DNA of 64,000 nucleotides from Armatimonadota bacterium (GCA_039811685.1 JBDHZC010000004.1:160001-224000); one strand, 5' to 3'; positions 49,642-60,039 are shown, counted from the stretch's first letter. Notes: generated by a model not told the origin, from the letters alone. Numbers and translations: made by a program.

Positions 49642-50568
49642 ATGGAAAACGCGATTGAGATCCGCGATCTAACGAAGTCGTTTCACAATATGCTGACAAA
49701 AGAAGATGTTATCGCCGTTGATCATCTTACTCTGGATGTTCCCCCTGGTCAGATTTTTGGCTTCCTCGGCCCAAACGGCGCAGGCAAGACCACGACAATA
49801 AAGATGCTTCTCGGGCTGATTTTTCCGGACTCAGGCACCGCGCATATTTTTGGGCAGCCGGCCGGCGACATAGACGTCAAGAGGAAAATTTCTTACCTTC
49901 CGGAAAGCCCCTACTTTTACGAGCACCTGAGCGGCTACGAAGTGATGGACTTTTATGGACGTCTCTTCAACATCCCGGCCAAAGCGCGCAAGAAGCGCGT
50001 AGAAGAGCTACTGGAACAGGTTGGGCTGGGGGCGCAGATGCACAAACGGCTCCGGCACTACTCCAAAGGGATGCTGCAACGTGTGGGATTGGCTCAGGCG
50101 CTGATAAACGATCCGCAACTGCTGTTTCTCGATGAGCCCACGTCTGGCCTTGACCCGATAGCGCACCTGGACATCCGGGACCTCATCCTGCGGCTGCGAG
50201 AAGAGGGCAAGACCCTGTTTATCAGCTCTCACCAGCTTTCGGATGTTGAAATGGTCTGCGACCGCGTATCCATTCTCAATCACGGAAAGCTGCTCAGAGT
50301 TGACAATCTCAGTGCGCTGCTGGCAGGGGAGACAACTCAGGTCAGGGCGGCTAACATCACGGATGAAGTTTTCCAGGGCGTAAAAGAGATCGCGCCCGAA
50401 TCCATGGTGTCAGATGGCGCTCTCTCTGCGCGGATCGACCCAGAAAAGGTGGATGAGCTCGTTGACTACATCCGGCGAAGTGGAGGTTCAGTCGTCGCCG
50501 TGACGCCTGTCCAGCGGACTCTGGAAGACATATTTATCGAGACGGTACGGGGAGGGAATCTCTCTTGA
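49642..50568 (+). CDS. ABC transporter ATP-binding protein
   Basis: GPNGAGKTT, YSKGMLQR, LDEPTSGLDP and SSH motifs. Confidence 0.95.
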   Translation: MENAIEIRDLTKSFHNMLTKEDVIAVDHLTLDVPPGQIFGFLGPNGAGKTTTIKMLLGLIFPDSGTAHIFGQPAGDIDVKRKISYLPESPYFYEHLSGYEVMDFYGRLFNIPAKARKKRVEELLEQVGLGAQMHKRLRHYSKGMLQRVGLAQALINDPQLLFLDEPTSGLDPIAHLDIRDLILRLREEGKTLFISSHQLSDVEMVCDRVSILNHGKLLRVDNLSALLAGETTQVRAANITDEVFQGVKEIAPESMVSDGALSARIDPEKVDELVDYIRRSGGSVVAVTPVQRTLEDIFIETVRGGNLS

Positions 50569-51413
50569 GCACGTGGATTATCGCTCTGAACACTTTTGGG
50601 GAGGCTATGCGCAAGAAGATTCTGAACGTCTTCCTGATCCTTGCGCTCGGGTCGGTCATCATCTCGCTCACGTTTACGTTTCTGACATTCCGCCAGCAGG
50701 TGGATATCCTGAAGAGCTTTGGCCTGGGAATGATTCAGTTCTGGGGGCTGTTCATCGCGATTATCATGGGCATTACGCTGATACCGCAGGACATGGATCA
50801 GCGCACGATCTATACCATTCTGTCCAAGCCCGTGAAGCGCTATGAATACATTGTAGGGCGCTTCCTGGGCGCCGCAATGACGCTCGGCGTCAATGTTTTG
50901 CTGATGGGGCTTGCGTTTCTCGTAGTGTTTCTCATCAAAGTGAACACGGGGGACGACAGCGCAATGGATGCCCTTGCCAATTACCACATTGGCGAGTTCT
51001 TCTCGCGCTTCCACTGGTCGGCTGAGATTCCGGGGCTGATCGGCGGCATACTGATGGTGTTTCTAAAGCTGCTCCTGCTGGCCGCCGTGGCGATCTTCTT
51101 TTCTGTGTTCATCAGTATGACTGTGAACTTCTTTCTGACGGCTGCGGTGTTCATTGTTGGCAGCATGTCCAGTGTCACGGAGTCCATGGCCAACAATCCG
51201 GAAACGTCGCCTCTGTTACGCGTTATCTACAAGGGTTTTCACCTTCTGGTTCCCAACTTCGGCAACTACGACATCCAAAATCCTCTCATCCATCCGGATG
51301 TTCCGCAGTCTGATATCGGCATGTATATGGTGAAAGCGGCCCTTTACGGGCTCGCGTACACGATCGTACTCATCGTTCTGGGCGTTCTGGTTTTTGAGCG
51401 GCGGGAGGTATGA
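50565..51413 (+). CDS. ABC-2 type permease
   Basis: About six TMs; RTIYTILSKPVKR...GRFLG; ends FERREV. Confidence 0.88.
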   Translation: MSTWIIALNTFGEAMRKKILNVFLILALGSVIISLTFTFLTFRQQVDILKSFGLGMIQFWGLFIAIIMGITLIPQDMDQRTIYTILSKPVKRYEYIVGRFLGAAMTLGVNVLLMGLAFLVVFLIKVNTGDDSAMDALANYHIGEFFSRFHWSAEIPGLIGGILMVFLKLLLLAAVAIFFSVFISMTVNFFLTAAVFIVGSMSSVTESMANNPETSPLLRVIYKGFHLLVPNFGNYDIQNPLIHPDVPQSDIGMYMVKAALYGLAYTIVLIVLGVLVFERREV

Positions 51414-52690
51414 TGGATACCGGTCGATCCAGGAGACAGGGGCTGATAGGGCTGGTTGTCGTGCTGCTTGTGTTCGTCGCCTATATGCAGTCTGTTCTGG
51501 ACCCCCAAAGACAGAAGTATCAGCCAGGAAAGGTGACACGGGTTGAAATTGGTACGGAGTTTATTGCCGCAACGCTGATCGGTCTGAAAGAGGTTGTCGC
51601 CGGACTATTGTGGGTGCGTGCGGACGAGTTCTTCCACACGGGCAACTATGAAGCCATTATTCCAATGGTGCGCATTATCACCTGGCTGGATCCTCATCAG
51701 CTCGATGTATACGACACAGGCGCGTGGCATCTTGCGTACAACTTCACGGATTCTCAAGAGCGATCGGACCGGCGCTATATACCGGCTGCCCGCGCGCTCC
51801 TCGAGGAGGGGATTCACAATAACCCGAACATCTTCGACCTCTACTTTTCGCTGGGATGGACGAATTTCCAGAAAATCCAGGACTACCCTGATGCTGTCAA
51901 GTGGTTCAGGTTAGCCAACACCAAGGGATCAATCGATCCAGCCACAGGTAAGATACGCCCGCCGAAGGCGCAGTTCAAAGATCGTCCGCAGTTTGTGGGA
52001 CACAGCCTTGCGCATGCGTACGAACGCGCGGGAGATATCGATCAGGCTATTGCACAGTGGAAGCAAAACATTCGCGACAATCAGGCTTATGCCAGACAAT
52101 ACCCGAAGGATCAGGGCAACAAGGCGATGATAGACGTCGCGAACAACAATTTACATGCGCTGGAGTTTGAGAAGAAGGTACGTGCAGAAATCAGGCCTGT
52201 GAAGAACGTGCACTTCGACGCCCATTTTCAGCGCCTTGGTCCGCGCAAGTTCAGAGTTTTTGGAACGCTCGACCTGCCAACCGGAGCCCGCGTCAGAGTA
52301 CGTTTGGCGGACAAAGATTTCCGCGAGCAACAGTTCAAGACCTTTACCTATGACATCAATGACAAGCAGACCATTCTGATTGACGATCTCTACGTTCGCG
52401 ACGGAAAGTTCGATCGGGTTATTGATATTCAGAGAGATGCTGCCATCTATCCTCTCAGGTCAAAAGATTATACTCTGACTCTGTCGTTCAACCCGCTTTC
52501 TGCACCGGATTTCGTGCAGGGTATGCCGGCGGAACAGAAGATTGACGGGGGTCGCAGAGGAGAAAAGCTGCAGTACGGCGCGGTAGGCTGGCACGGTGAG
52601 GGATTGGCTGACCAGAAGTATCTTGTGGTCAAAAACGGCGTTCGAATGCTGGAAAAGCAGATCCCTTTGACACGCGCCGACCTGGCCTGA
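51410..52690 (+). CDS. Membrane-anchored TPR protein with C-terminal beta-rich domain
   Basis: N-terminal TM; AGLLWVRADEFFH...LDP, LEEGIHNNP and TPR helices; translationally coupled to the permease. Confidence 0.8.
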   Translation: MMDTGRSRRQGLIGLVVVLLVFVAYMQSVLDPQRQKYQPGKVTRVEIGTEFIAATLIGLKEVVAGLLWVRADEFFHTGNYEAIIPMVRIITWLDPHQLDVYDTGAWHLAYNFTDSQERSDRRYIPAARALLEEGIHNNPNIFDLYFSLGWTNFQKIQDYPDAVKWFRLANTKGSIDPATGKIRPPKAQFKDRPQFVGHSLAHAYERAGDIDQAIAQWKQNIRDNQAYARQYPKDQGNKAMIDVANNNLHALEFEKKVRAEIRPVKNVHFDAHFQRLGPRKFRVFGTLDLPTGARVRVRLADKDFREQQFKTFTYDINDKQTILIDDLYVRDGKFDRVIDIQRDAAIYPLRSKDYTLTLSFNPLSAPDFVQGMPAEQKIDGGRRGEKLQYGAVGWHGEGLADQKYLVVKNGVRMLEKQIPLTRADLA

Positions 52691-52724
52691 CTTCGACAGA
52701 ATGCTGCTCGGATCTCTCCACCGC

Positions 52725-52753
52725 TTGACGGACGGTGTTTGCGTCAGTATTAT
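52725..52753 (+). promoter_or_regulatory. sigma70-type promoter for the LCP gene
   Basis: TTGACG, 17 nt, TATTAT. Confidence 0.65.
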
Positions 52754-52819
52754 GGTGTGCGCCTGTCCGCTCTCAGCCCGGTGCAGCTTCACAATATCTT
52801 GTTTCGGAGCAACTGATTA

Positions 52820-53851
52820 TTGACAACTAGACAGCCCGTCCGCAAGACTACTTCCACGCGCTCGCAGCGGCCTGGAAAATCCACCTCCCGTCGCCGGAAA
52901 AAGCCTTCCCTTTTCAGCGTAGTCTGGAAACTCTTTCTAGTTGCTGTCTTCGCCGCTGTCTCTCTGGCTGTTGGGGTCGCAACGTACTGGACAGTCAAGA
53001 GTCCGTCCATTCGTCAGGCTGCCACGGCGGCGGTTACGGGCGGGTTGTCACCCGACAAGGCCTTTCCAGGGCGTAGTGAGCTTAATATTCTGCTGCTCGG
53101 CCGGGACGAGGACCGCGACAACAAAGATCGTGTCATGAACACGCGCGGACGCACCGATACGATAGTCCTCGCCCATCTCGATTTTGCCCAACGGCAAGTG
53201 AATCTCCTCTCCATACCGCGTGATACGCTGGTGCGGATTCCTGGCTACTCCGGCCGGCACAAGATTAACGCAGCGAACGCGCTCGGCGGTCCGGAGTTGA
53301 CGGCGCAGACTGTCGAAAACCTTATAGACATCAAACCTGACGGCTATGTTCTGGTTGACTACAAGGTGTTTCAGACACTGATTGACCAGGCTGGCGGAGT
53401 TCAAGTGAATGTCCCGAAGCAGCTCGACTATGACGACAACTGGGGCAATCTGCACATCCATCTCAAGCCCGGGCCGCAACATTTAAACGGGGAGCAGGCG
53501 CTCGGGCTGGTGCGCTTCCGGCACTCTAACGACGGTCGCGCGGACTCTGACCAGGAGCGCATCGCGCGCCAGCAGATGCTTCTCGCCAGCGCCCGCCACC
53601 AGTTTACGCGTCCAGCGATGCTGCTTCGTTTGCCTGAGGTCTTTTCGACTCTTATGGAGCAGACCGATACCACGCTAACAACAGACCAGGCGCTGTGCCT
53701 GGCAAATTTTGCGCGCAGTGTCGGCAGCAACATGCGCATGGAAGTGTTGCCTTCAATTCCGGCGCGGTCCGCGCTGCGTATGGATCGAGTCCGCGCGCGG
53801 CAGCTTGTGGAAGAGATGTTCATCAAAGGACAAAGCAAAGAGTCCACGTAG
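52820..53851 (+). CDS. LCP (LytR-CpsA-Psr) family protein
   Basis: Basic N-tail and TM; NILLLG.D, RTDT, SIPRD, KINAA and RFR...D..RIARQQ motifs. Confidence 0.93.
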   Translation: MTTRQPVRKTTSTRSQRPGKSTSRRRKKPSLFSVVWKLFLVAVFAAVSLAVGVATYWTVKSPSIRQAATAAVTGGLSPDKAFPGRSELNILLLGRDEDRDNKDRVMNTRGRTDTIVLAHLDFAQRQVNLLSIPRDTLVRIPGYSGRHKINAANALGGPELTAQTVENLIDIKPDGYVLVDYKVFQTLIDQAGGVQVNVPKQLDYDDNWGNLHIHLKPGPQHLNGEQALGLVRFRHSNDGRADSDQERIARQQMLLASARHQFTRPAMLLRLPEVFSTLMEQTDTTLTTDQALCLANFARSVGSNMRMEVLPSIPARSALRMDRVRARQLVEEMFIKGQSKEST

Positions 53852-53881
53852 GCGCCCTGACGCCTGCGTTGCTTACGGACT

Positions 53882-54316
53882 GTGACGGCTCCTATTGACC
53901 ACGTCTGGACTCCATCGTTCCAGATTTCCCCAGATACCGCACTTGCCCTGATAGCGCCTCATCTCGATCTGGCGATACCGGCGCCACTGTTTGTGGGTGA
54001 AGCTGACGGCAGCCACCCTTGCGCATTCTCCGGCTACCGCTACATTCCAGACCGGACGGCTTGTGCGCTTGACCGATCAGACGAGATGTTTCAGAACTCC
54101 GCCGAAGATTTAGGACGCTTTCTGCGTCCTGCGCAACATACGCTCTTCAGGGCTGTTTACGGGTTGGGAGAGGGCGACCCGGCCCTGTGGAAGCGCGCAG
54201 GGCGGAGGAGTCTGGTCTACGGGGTCACCCAGACAAGCTACGGCGCGGCGATATCGGACAGCGCCCTTCAGGCTGCTGGAAAATCGGCTCTTCTCGGGGC
54301 GATTCACATCTCTTGA
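53882..54316 (+). pseudogene. Internally deleted aminoglycoside phosphotransferase (APH)-like relic
   Basis: Contains the APH-type segment IAPHLDLAIPAPLFVG...FSGYRYIP..TAC...LGRFLR and C-terminal FRAVYG...LWKRA, but lacks the catalytic HGDxxxxN and DW/DFG motifs; only 144 aa. Confidence 0.55.
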
Positions 54317-54353
54317 TGTCAGAGGCAGCTGGAGACTCATTACGGGTCTCGGC

Positions 54354-54385
54354 AAACAAAAACACCCGGTGGCCGCTACCGGGTG
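54354..54385 (-). terminator. Intrinsic terminator downstream of csp
   Basis: Minus strand reads CACCCGGT-AGCGGCC-ACCGGGTG-TTTTTGTTT. Confidence 0.8.
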
Positions 54386-54458
54386 CTATCCAATCGTCTC
54401 TATTCACCTCAGAACGCTTTGCCGCGGGGCATCAGTACGCTCCAGGGATTTCTCTGTG

Positions 54459-54659
54459 TTACAGAGCCGATACGTTATTGGCCTGCGGACCCTTCGGACC
54501 CTGCACAACCTCAAACTGGACTGACTGTCCCTCTTTCAGCGTGCGGTGGCCATCCCCGTTGATTGCGGAAAAGTGTACAAATACGTCTTTTCCATCCTGA
54601 ACGGAAATGAAGCCATAGCCCTTGGAGTCACTGAACCACTTAACAGTGCCGGTCTCCAT
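54459..54659 (-). CDS. csp: Cold-shock protein (CspA family)
   Basis: GTVKWF, KGYGFI (RNP1), DVFVHFSAI (RNP2) and GPQA motifs. Confidence 0.97.
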   Translation of the reverse strand: METGTVKWFSDSKGYGFISVQDGKDVFVHFSAINGDGHRTLKEGQSVQFEVVQGPKGPQANNVSAL

Positions 54660-54962
54660 TGCTTTCCGACCCTTCCATAACCATGACACATGAGAAGCGC
54701 GTCCGAACTGATATTCCTGGCTGCGGAAGCAAGCGACCGTTGCAAATCCGAATCAGAATCTCACGTTGCGTCCGAGCTACCGACTATACTCCGACGGAAG
54801 CTGGGATCGAATTCCCACCTCACACCGATCCTTTTGCGCGAGTTTTTCAGATTCCTTCTAAGAGTCTCAAAAAAAGTCGGAATAATTCTTCTTAGCGGTG
54901 GGAATGTGTCCGAATTGCAATAGAAGTGAAGCGGCCGACGTTCAGGCTGGCTTCCACGCAGG

Positions 54963-55301
54963 CTAACCCCTCTGACTGAAATGCCGGATTTCAGCTTCAA
55001 ATTCGCGGCGCATCTCATCCATGCGGTTCTCCGCTTCTTCTTGCGTCTGCTTCAGTCGCTCCAGCAGTCCAAGAATTACCTCAACGCCTGCAAGATTTAC
55101 TCCCAGATCCTGCGTCAGCCGTTGGATTTGTTGAAGTCGCTGAATGTCTTCTTCTGAGTATAGCCGGTTGCGTCCGTTGCGCCGCTGCGGCTGCACAAGT
55201 CCCAGGCGCTCGTACAAGCGCAGAGTCTGGGGGTGCATGTGGCACAGCCGAGCAGCAATACTGATCATGTAAACTGGCTCGTCCTTGTGTTGTGTACTCA
55301 T
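54963..55301 (-). CDS. hspR: HspR (MerR family heat-shock repressor)
   Basis: [25 protein letters not shown]...RLYS...GVNLAGV; last gene of the dnaK operon. Confidence 0.9.
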   Translation of the reverse strand: MSTQHKDEPVYMISIAARLCHMHPQTLRLYERLGLVQPQRRNGRNRLYSEEDIQRLQQIQRLTQDLGVNLAGVEVILGLLERLKQTQEEAENRMDEMRREFEAEIRHFSQRG

Positions 55302-55375
55302 TGTCGCTCAAACCTCCAGTCTGCATTTCCCACGCGGAGATGAGTCCCGCCGGCGCCGCTAGTTGGTTCGGAAGC

Positions 55376-56353
55376 TTATCCAGCTTTCAACCCTTGAGCG
55401 ATTGCCAGCTCCGTCAGCACCTCCTGTTCTCTTGCTGACAGCGGTTTCGGAACTGTAATCATCACTCTCGCCATCAGATCGCCGCTGCCTTCCCCCTTCA
55501 GCTTTGGCATTCCCTTGCCTTGCAGCCGCAAAGTCTGCCCGCTCTGTACGCCTGCTGGAACCTTCATGGTGACGCGCCCGGTCATCGTTGGCACAGCAAT
55601 CTCTCCCCCCAGCGCTGCCAGCAGATAGGGCACCTGGACATCTTCAGTGAGGTTGTCCCCATCACGTTTGAATCGCACGTGTGGTTTGACGACTACGTTC
55701 AGGATGACGTCTGCCTTCTGCCCGTTGGCGCCAGGAGCTTCGCCAGCCAGCCTGATCTTGGAGCCCGTATTCACGCCTCGCGGTATCTTGACTGTCAGCC
55801 GCCGTCCACCTACGCTAATCTGACGCTCTGAGCCTGAGTACGCTTCTTCCAGGGACACCTGCACTTCCGCCTGAACGCTTTGTGGCTGAGGCGCAAAGTT
55901 TGCCCCGAAGCCCCCAAAGCCGCCCTGGTCTACGTGGAACCGTCCGCCTCGTCCTCGGGTTGCGCCACCGAACAAGCCTTCAAAGATGCTCCCGATATCA
56001 GGGCCGCCTGCGCCGCTTCCAAATCCGACATCGTCAAAATTGCCGTCGAAGTGGAACCCACCGCCACCCGGGCCGTACGCTTCAAAATCCGTTGCTGTGG
56101 CGCCTGCCTTCTGCGCTTGCTGCCACTGTTCCCACTGTGGGCCAAAGCGGTCGTACGCCTTGCGATTCTCCGGATCTTTGAGGACCTCATAGGCTTCGCT
56201 CACGAGCTTGAACTGCTCTTCCGAAGCTTTATCGCCGGGGTTGACATCCGGGTGGTGTTTGCGGGCGAGCTTGCGGTAAGCCGACTTGATCTCTTTTTCT
56301 GTCGCGCTTTTAGGAACGCCAAGAATTTTGTAATAGTCCTTGCTTGCCGCCAT
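55376..56353 (-). CDS. dnaJ: DnaJ-class co-chaperone without zinc finger (CbpA-like, class B)
   Basis: DYYKILGV, HPD, a G/F-rich linker and DnaJ_C; no CxxCxGxG repeats. Confidence 0.9.
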   Translation of the reverse strand: MAASKDYYKILGVPKSATEKEIKSAYRKLARKHHPDVNPGDKASEEQFKLVSEAYEVLKDPENRKAYDRFGPQWEQWQQAQKAGATATDFEAYGPGGGGFHFDGNFDDVGFGSGAGGPDIGSIFEGLFGGATRGRGGRFHVDQGGFGGFGANFAPQPQSVQAEVQVSLEEAYSGSERQISVGGRRLTVKIPRGVNTGSKIRLAGEAPGANGQKADVILNVVVKPHVRFKRDGDNLTEDVQVPYLLAALGGEIAVPTMTGRVTMKVPAGVQSGQTLRLQGKGMPKLKGEGSGDLMARVMITVPKPLSAREQEVLTELAIAQGLKAG

Positions 56354-56453
56354 CGTATGCCTCAAACTACTGCCGAACCAGGATTGGAACGGTAGAGGAA
56401 GCGGGTGTTGCCCCGCCTCCCTTTTACAATCACCACCTCATCGCCGGCGATCC

Positions 56454-56888
56454 TCAACCGACTTCGATGTCAATCTTCTTCGGCCTGACGGCCTGTGATT
56501 TGGGGATGGTCACCTGCAGCAGCCCATCCCGATAGACCGCTTTCACATTCTGGACATCCACCGGAATACCGATAGAGAATGACCGTGAAAACGGACCATA
56601 CTGACGCTCAACGCGTACCCATTGCCCGTCATCCGGTTGCGGAAGGCTGCGTTCACCAGAGACGTTCAGCGTATCTGCCGTGACTTCTATGTTGATGTCT
56701 TCCATCTTTACGCCAGGCACTTCGCAGACAACAACGATATCGTTGTCGCTCTCACGCACATCGCACTCCGGCGTCCAACTTGAACTCCGCGCCTCTTCCG
56801 CTCCGCCACGCCGCGCGCCGTGTCGCCACGGCTCAAACAGCTCCGCAATTTCCCTGAACGGATCTCGTCCCCTTACATCCATTCGCAT
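56454..56888 (-). CDS. Hsp20/alpha-crystallin small heat-shock protein
   Basis: WTPECDVRE, EVPGV, SGER, ERQYGPFSRSF and AVYRDGLLQVTIPK motifs; C-terminal IDI. Confidence 0.93.
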   Translation of the reverse strand: MRMDVRGRDPFREIAELFEPWRHGARRGGAEEARSSSWTPECDVRESDNDIVVVCEVPGVKMEDINIEVTADTLNVSGERSLPQPDDGQWVRVERQYGPFSRSFSIGIPVDVQNVKAVYRDGLLQVTIPKSQAVRPKKIDIEVG

Positions 56889-56962
56889 CTGCTTTCACCT
56901 CTCAAGTAGTCTTTGTGAATGTTTTTGTGGCTTCTACCCTGCTCCTCTGGGGAGGAGATCAG

Positions 56963-56988
56963 CCTGGCGCAGTTGCAACTGCGCCAGG
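56963..56988. repeat. Perfect 26-bp palindrome between dnaK and hsp20
   Basis: CCTGGCGCAGTTGCAACTGCGCCAGG is its own reverse complement. Confidence 0.85.
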
Positions 56989-57000
56989 TGTCGTGTGTGT

Positions 57001-58827
57001 TTACTCCTCTTTGTACTCGGCCTCGATCACGTCTTCGCCGCCGTTCGACGCGGCGGCTGCCCCTGCCGGTTCCTGTTCCGGAGACTCCTGTTCCGCGCTC
57101 TGCCGGTAGAGAATCTCGCTAAGCTGATAAGCTGCCTGCTGCAGCTCTTCTGTGGCCGACGCGATATCCTGCTGGTTATCGCCCTTCAGCGCTTCCTGCA
57201 GCTTGTCGCGCGCGCTCTCCACGCGGGCGCGGACGTCTTCCGGCGCTTTGTCACCAAGGTCTGTCAGCGTCTTGTTGGTATTGTAGATAAGGCTGTCAGC
57301 GCGGTTCTTGATCTCCGCAACCTCTTTGGCCTTGCGGTCATCATCAGCGTGCGACTCCGCCTCGCGCACCATCTTTTCGATATCGCCCTTATCCAGATTA
57401 CTGGAGCCGGTAATCGTGATACTTTGCTCGCGTCCGGAAGCCCGATCCTTCGCGCTCGCATGCAGAATGCCGTTGGCGTCAATGTCAAAGGTCACTTCGA
57501 TCTGCGGGATACCACGAGGCGCGGGTGGAATTCCAGACAGGTGGAACATTCCGAGGCTCTTGTTGTCGCGGGACATCTCGCGCTCACCCTGAAGCACGTG
57601 CACTGTAACTTCGGTCTGCCCGTCAGCGGCCGTCGTGAATGTTTCAGATTTGCGCGTAGGGATCGTTGTGTTTCTCGGAATGAGCTTGGTGCACACGCCG
57701 CCCAGAGTCTCGATGCCCAGTGAAAGCGGTGTCACGTCCAGGAGCACAACATCCTTCACTTCACCCGCCAGAACGCCAGCTTGGATAGCAGCGCCTACTG
57801 CCACGACCTCATCCGGATTAACGCCCCTGTGCGGGTCCTTGCCAATGAGCTTCTTGACCAGCTCCTGCACCTGTGGCATTCGGGTTGAGCCGCCAACCAG
57901 AATCACTTCATCAATGTCTTTGTCCTCGAGTTTGGCGTCTTCAATAGCCTGCTTGTACGGCTTCACGCAGCGGTCCAGCAGGTCCGCAGTCAGCTCCTCA
58001 AACTTTGCTCGGGTGAGCGTGACATCCAGGTGCTTTGGGCCGTTAGCGTCGGCCGTAATGAAGGGCAGGTTGATGTTCGTCTGGACCACGTTAGACAGCT
58101 CAACCTTCGCTTTCTCAGCGCCTTCGCGAAGCCTCTGAAGCGCCTGCTTGTCTGAGCGCAGATCAATTCCAGATTCTTTCTTGAACTCATCAGCCACATA
58201 CTCGACAATGCGCTCATCCCAGTCATCGCCACCCAGATGCGTATCGCCATGCGTGGACTTGACTTCGAACACGCCTTCGCCCACCTCCAGGATGGACACG
58301 TCAAACGTTCCCCCTCCAAGGTCCCAAACCAGAATGGTTTCGTTTTCCTTTTTGTCCAACCCGTACGCCAGGGCGGCAGCAGTTGGCTCGTTGATAATCC
58401 TCAGTACCTTGAGCCCTGCGATCTCGCCTGCGTTCTTGGTCGCTGTGCGCTGGGCGTCGTTGAAGTAAGCCGGTACAGTGATCACCGCGCTCTCCACTTT
58501 GTCCCCAAGGTAGGCTTCCGCGTCTGTCTTCAGCTTCTGAAGAATCATGCTGGATATCTCTTCAGGAGAATAGTTCTTGCCGTCGATCGAAACGCGCTTG
58601 TCCGTTCCCATATCGCGTTTGATCGAGATCACGGTGCGCTCGGGGTTGACGATAGCCTGACGCTTTGCCTGCGTCCCTACCAGCCGTTCGCCATTCTTGG
58701 TGAATCCAACAACGCTCGCCGTAATTCTGGAGCCTTCGGCGTTTGGGATGACGGTGGGCTCGCCGCCCTCCATAACCGCGACGACCGAGTTAGTGGTGCC
58801 AAGATCGATACCAACTGTTTTTGCCAA
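57001..58827 (-). CDS. dnaK: Chaperone DnaK (Hsp70)
   Basis: [25 protein letters not shown] and GVNPDEVVA motifs. TTG start at 58827 follows a GGAGGT RBS. Confidence 0.99.
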   Translation of the reverse strand: MAKTVGIDLGTTNSVVAVMEGGEPTVIPNAEGSRITASVVGFTKNGERLVGTQAKRQAIVNPERTVISIKRDMGTDKRVSIDGKNYSPEEISSMILQKLKTDAEAYLGDKVESAVITVPAYFNDAQRTATKNAGEIAGLKVLRIINEPTAAALAYGLDKKENETILVWDLGGGTFDVSILEVGEGVFEVKSTHGDTHLGGDDWDERIVEYVADEFKKESGIDLRSDKQALQRLREGAEKAKVELSNVVQTNINLPFITADANGPKHLDVTLTRAKFEELTADLLDRCVKPYKQAIEDAKLEDKDIDEVILVGGSTRMPQVQELVKKLIGKDPHRGVNPDEVVAVGAAIQAGVLAGEVKDVVLLDVTPLSLGIETLGGVCTKLIPRNTTIPTRKSETFTTAADGQTEVTVHVLQGEREMSRDNKSLGMFHLSGIPPAPRGIPQIEVTFDIDANGILHASAKDRASGREQSITITGSSNLDKGDIEKMVREAESHADDDRKAKEVAEIKNRADSLIYNTNKTLTDLGDKAPEDVRARVESARDKLQEALKGDNQQDIASATEELQQAAYQLSEILYRQSAEQESPEQEPAGAAAASNGGEDVIEAEYKEE

Positions 58828-58943
58828 TGCAATCACCTCCGCCCGGAACTCGTCCGGTCTTTTTCACTGTGTAATCCGTGTGGAGCAGGCTCTGTTCTGA
58901 ACCGCTCTCCAGTGGTTTTTACCCACATCTTTTTATCGCAGGG

Positions 58944-58974
58944 ATTATCAAGTATTGAGTCTAATATTGTCAAT
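58944..58974 (-). promoter_or_regulatory. dnaK promoter with overlapping HAIR-like (HspR) operator
   Basis: Plus strand TTGAGT-CTAATAT-TGTCAA (58955-58973) resembles HAIR (CTTGAGT-N7-ACTCAAG). On the minus strand its arm is TTGACA (-35), 18 nt before GATAAT (-10). Confidence 0.75.
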
Positions 58975-59136
58975 GCTCTTGCTAACAGCATTGTTCCCTT
59001 CTGCGAAGATTTTTATCGTTTTTTTGGTTCGGCCGCGCTTCGTTCGCACTTTGGCGGCGTCCGGCCGCGCACAGAGCTATCATAGGCTGCAGAAACGGGC
59101 AGTTCTGCCCGGACTCTTTACACATTCAGGAAACTA

Positions 59137-60036
59137 ATGAAACTTGCTTTGATTGGAACAGGTACAATGGGAGCGGCGATGGGGCGGCGATTTCTGGAAG
59201 CCGGGCACGACCTGGCTGTCTGGAACCGCACGGCTGAGCGAGCCTTACCTCTCAAAGAGCGCGGAGCAACTGTGACGCGCACTCCTCGAGACGCCGCACA
59301 GAACGCTGCGATAGTCCTGTCTTCTCTGAAAGATGACGAAGCCATTTGCGAGGTCGCACTTGGAGAGGATGGCATTTTGCGCGGGCTTCAGGATGGGGCC
59401 GTGCACTGTGATACAAGCACTATCTCCCCTTCTGTAGCCTTCGATCTGTCCCAGTCGTATCACAACTCCAACCGCTTCTTTGTCCACTGTCCGGTGCTTG
59501 GAAGCAGGAGGCAAATCGCTGAGGGCGCCCTGCTGATGTTCGCAGCCGGGTCGGCTGAGGCTGTTGACACGCTGGAGCCAGTCCTCAGTCTTCTCGGGAA
59601 GCGGACGTGGCGATTTGAACAACCTTCCGCAGCGGCGTCGCTGAAGCTGGCCTGCAATATGCTCATCGTGAGCATGATCTGTGGCTTTTCTCAATCACTG
59701 GCCTTTGCGCGTAAGAGCGGTTTGGATCCGGCCCTTTTCACGGAAGTCATCCAGTCTTCCGCTCTTGCTTCGCCGATGTACGCCAGCAAGGCCCGGCAGA
59801 TTATGGAGGGGGACTGGTCGGCAAACTTCATTGTCAACAACATTATCAAGGATATCGACCTTGCTCTGGCAGCAGGAGACACTGAGAACGTCCCGCAGCC
59901 AATGCTGGCGATGATGCGCCAGTTCTTCGCCGCCGCCAGCGCCTCCGGGTATGCCGAGGAGGACTACTCCGCAGTCAGCAAGGTCTTCGCCCGGCTGGCC
60001 GGAGTCGACCCTGAGGCGTCAGCGGGAGGTGAATAA
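59137..60036 (+). CDS. NAD(P)-dependent beta-hydroxyacid dehydrogenase family oxidoreductase
   Basis: IGTGTMG, VWNRT, DTSTISP, PVLG, KLACN and KDIDLA motifs. Confidence 0.9.
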   Translation: MKLALIGTGTMGAAMGRRFLEAGHDLAVWNRTAERALPLKERGATVTRTPRDAAQNAAIVLSSLKDDEAICEVALGEDGILRGLQDGAVHCDTSTISPSVAFDLSQSYHNSNRFFVHCPVLGSRRQIAEGALLMFAAGSAEAVDTLEPVLSLLGKRTWRFEQPSAAASLKLACNMLIVSMICGFSQSLAFARKSGLDPALFTEVIQSSALASPMYASKARQIMEGDWSANFIVNNIIKDIDLALAAGDTENVPQPMLAMMRQFFAAASASGYAEEDYSAVSKVFARLAGVDPEASAGGE

Positions 60037-60039
60037 ACA

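Noticed and set aside
58830..59136. CIRCE (HrcA) operator upstream of dnaK
   Set aside because: No TTAGCACTC-N9-GAGTGCTAA is present; the repeat there fits HAIR instead.
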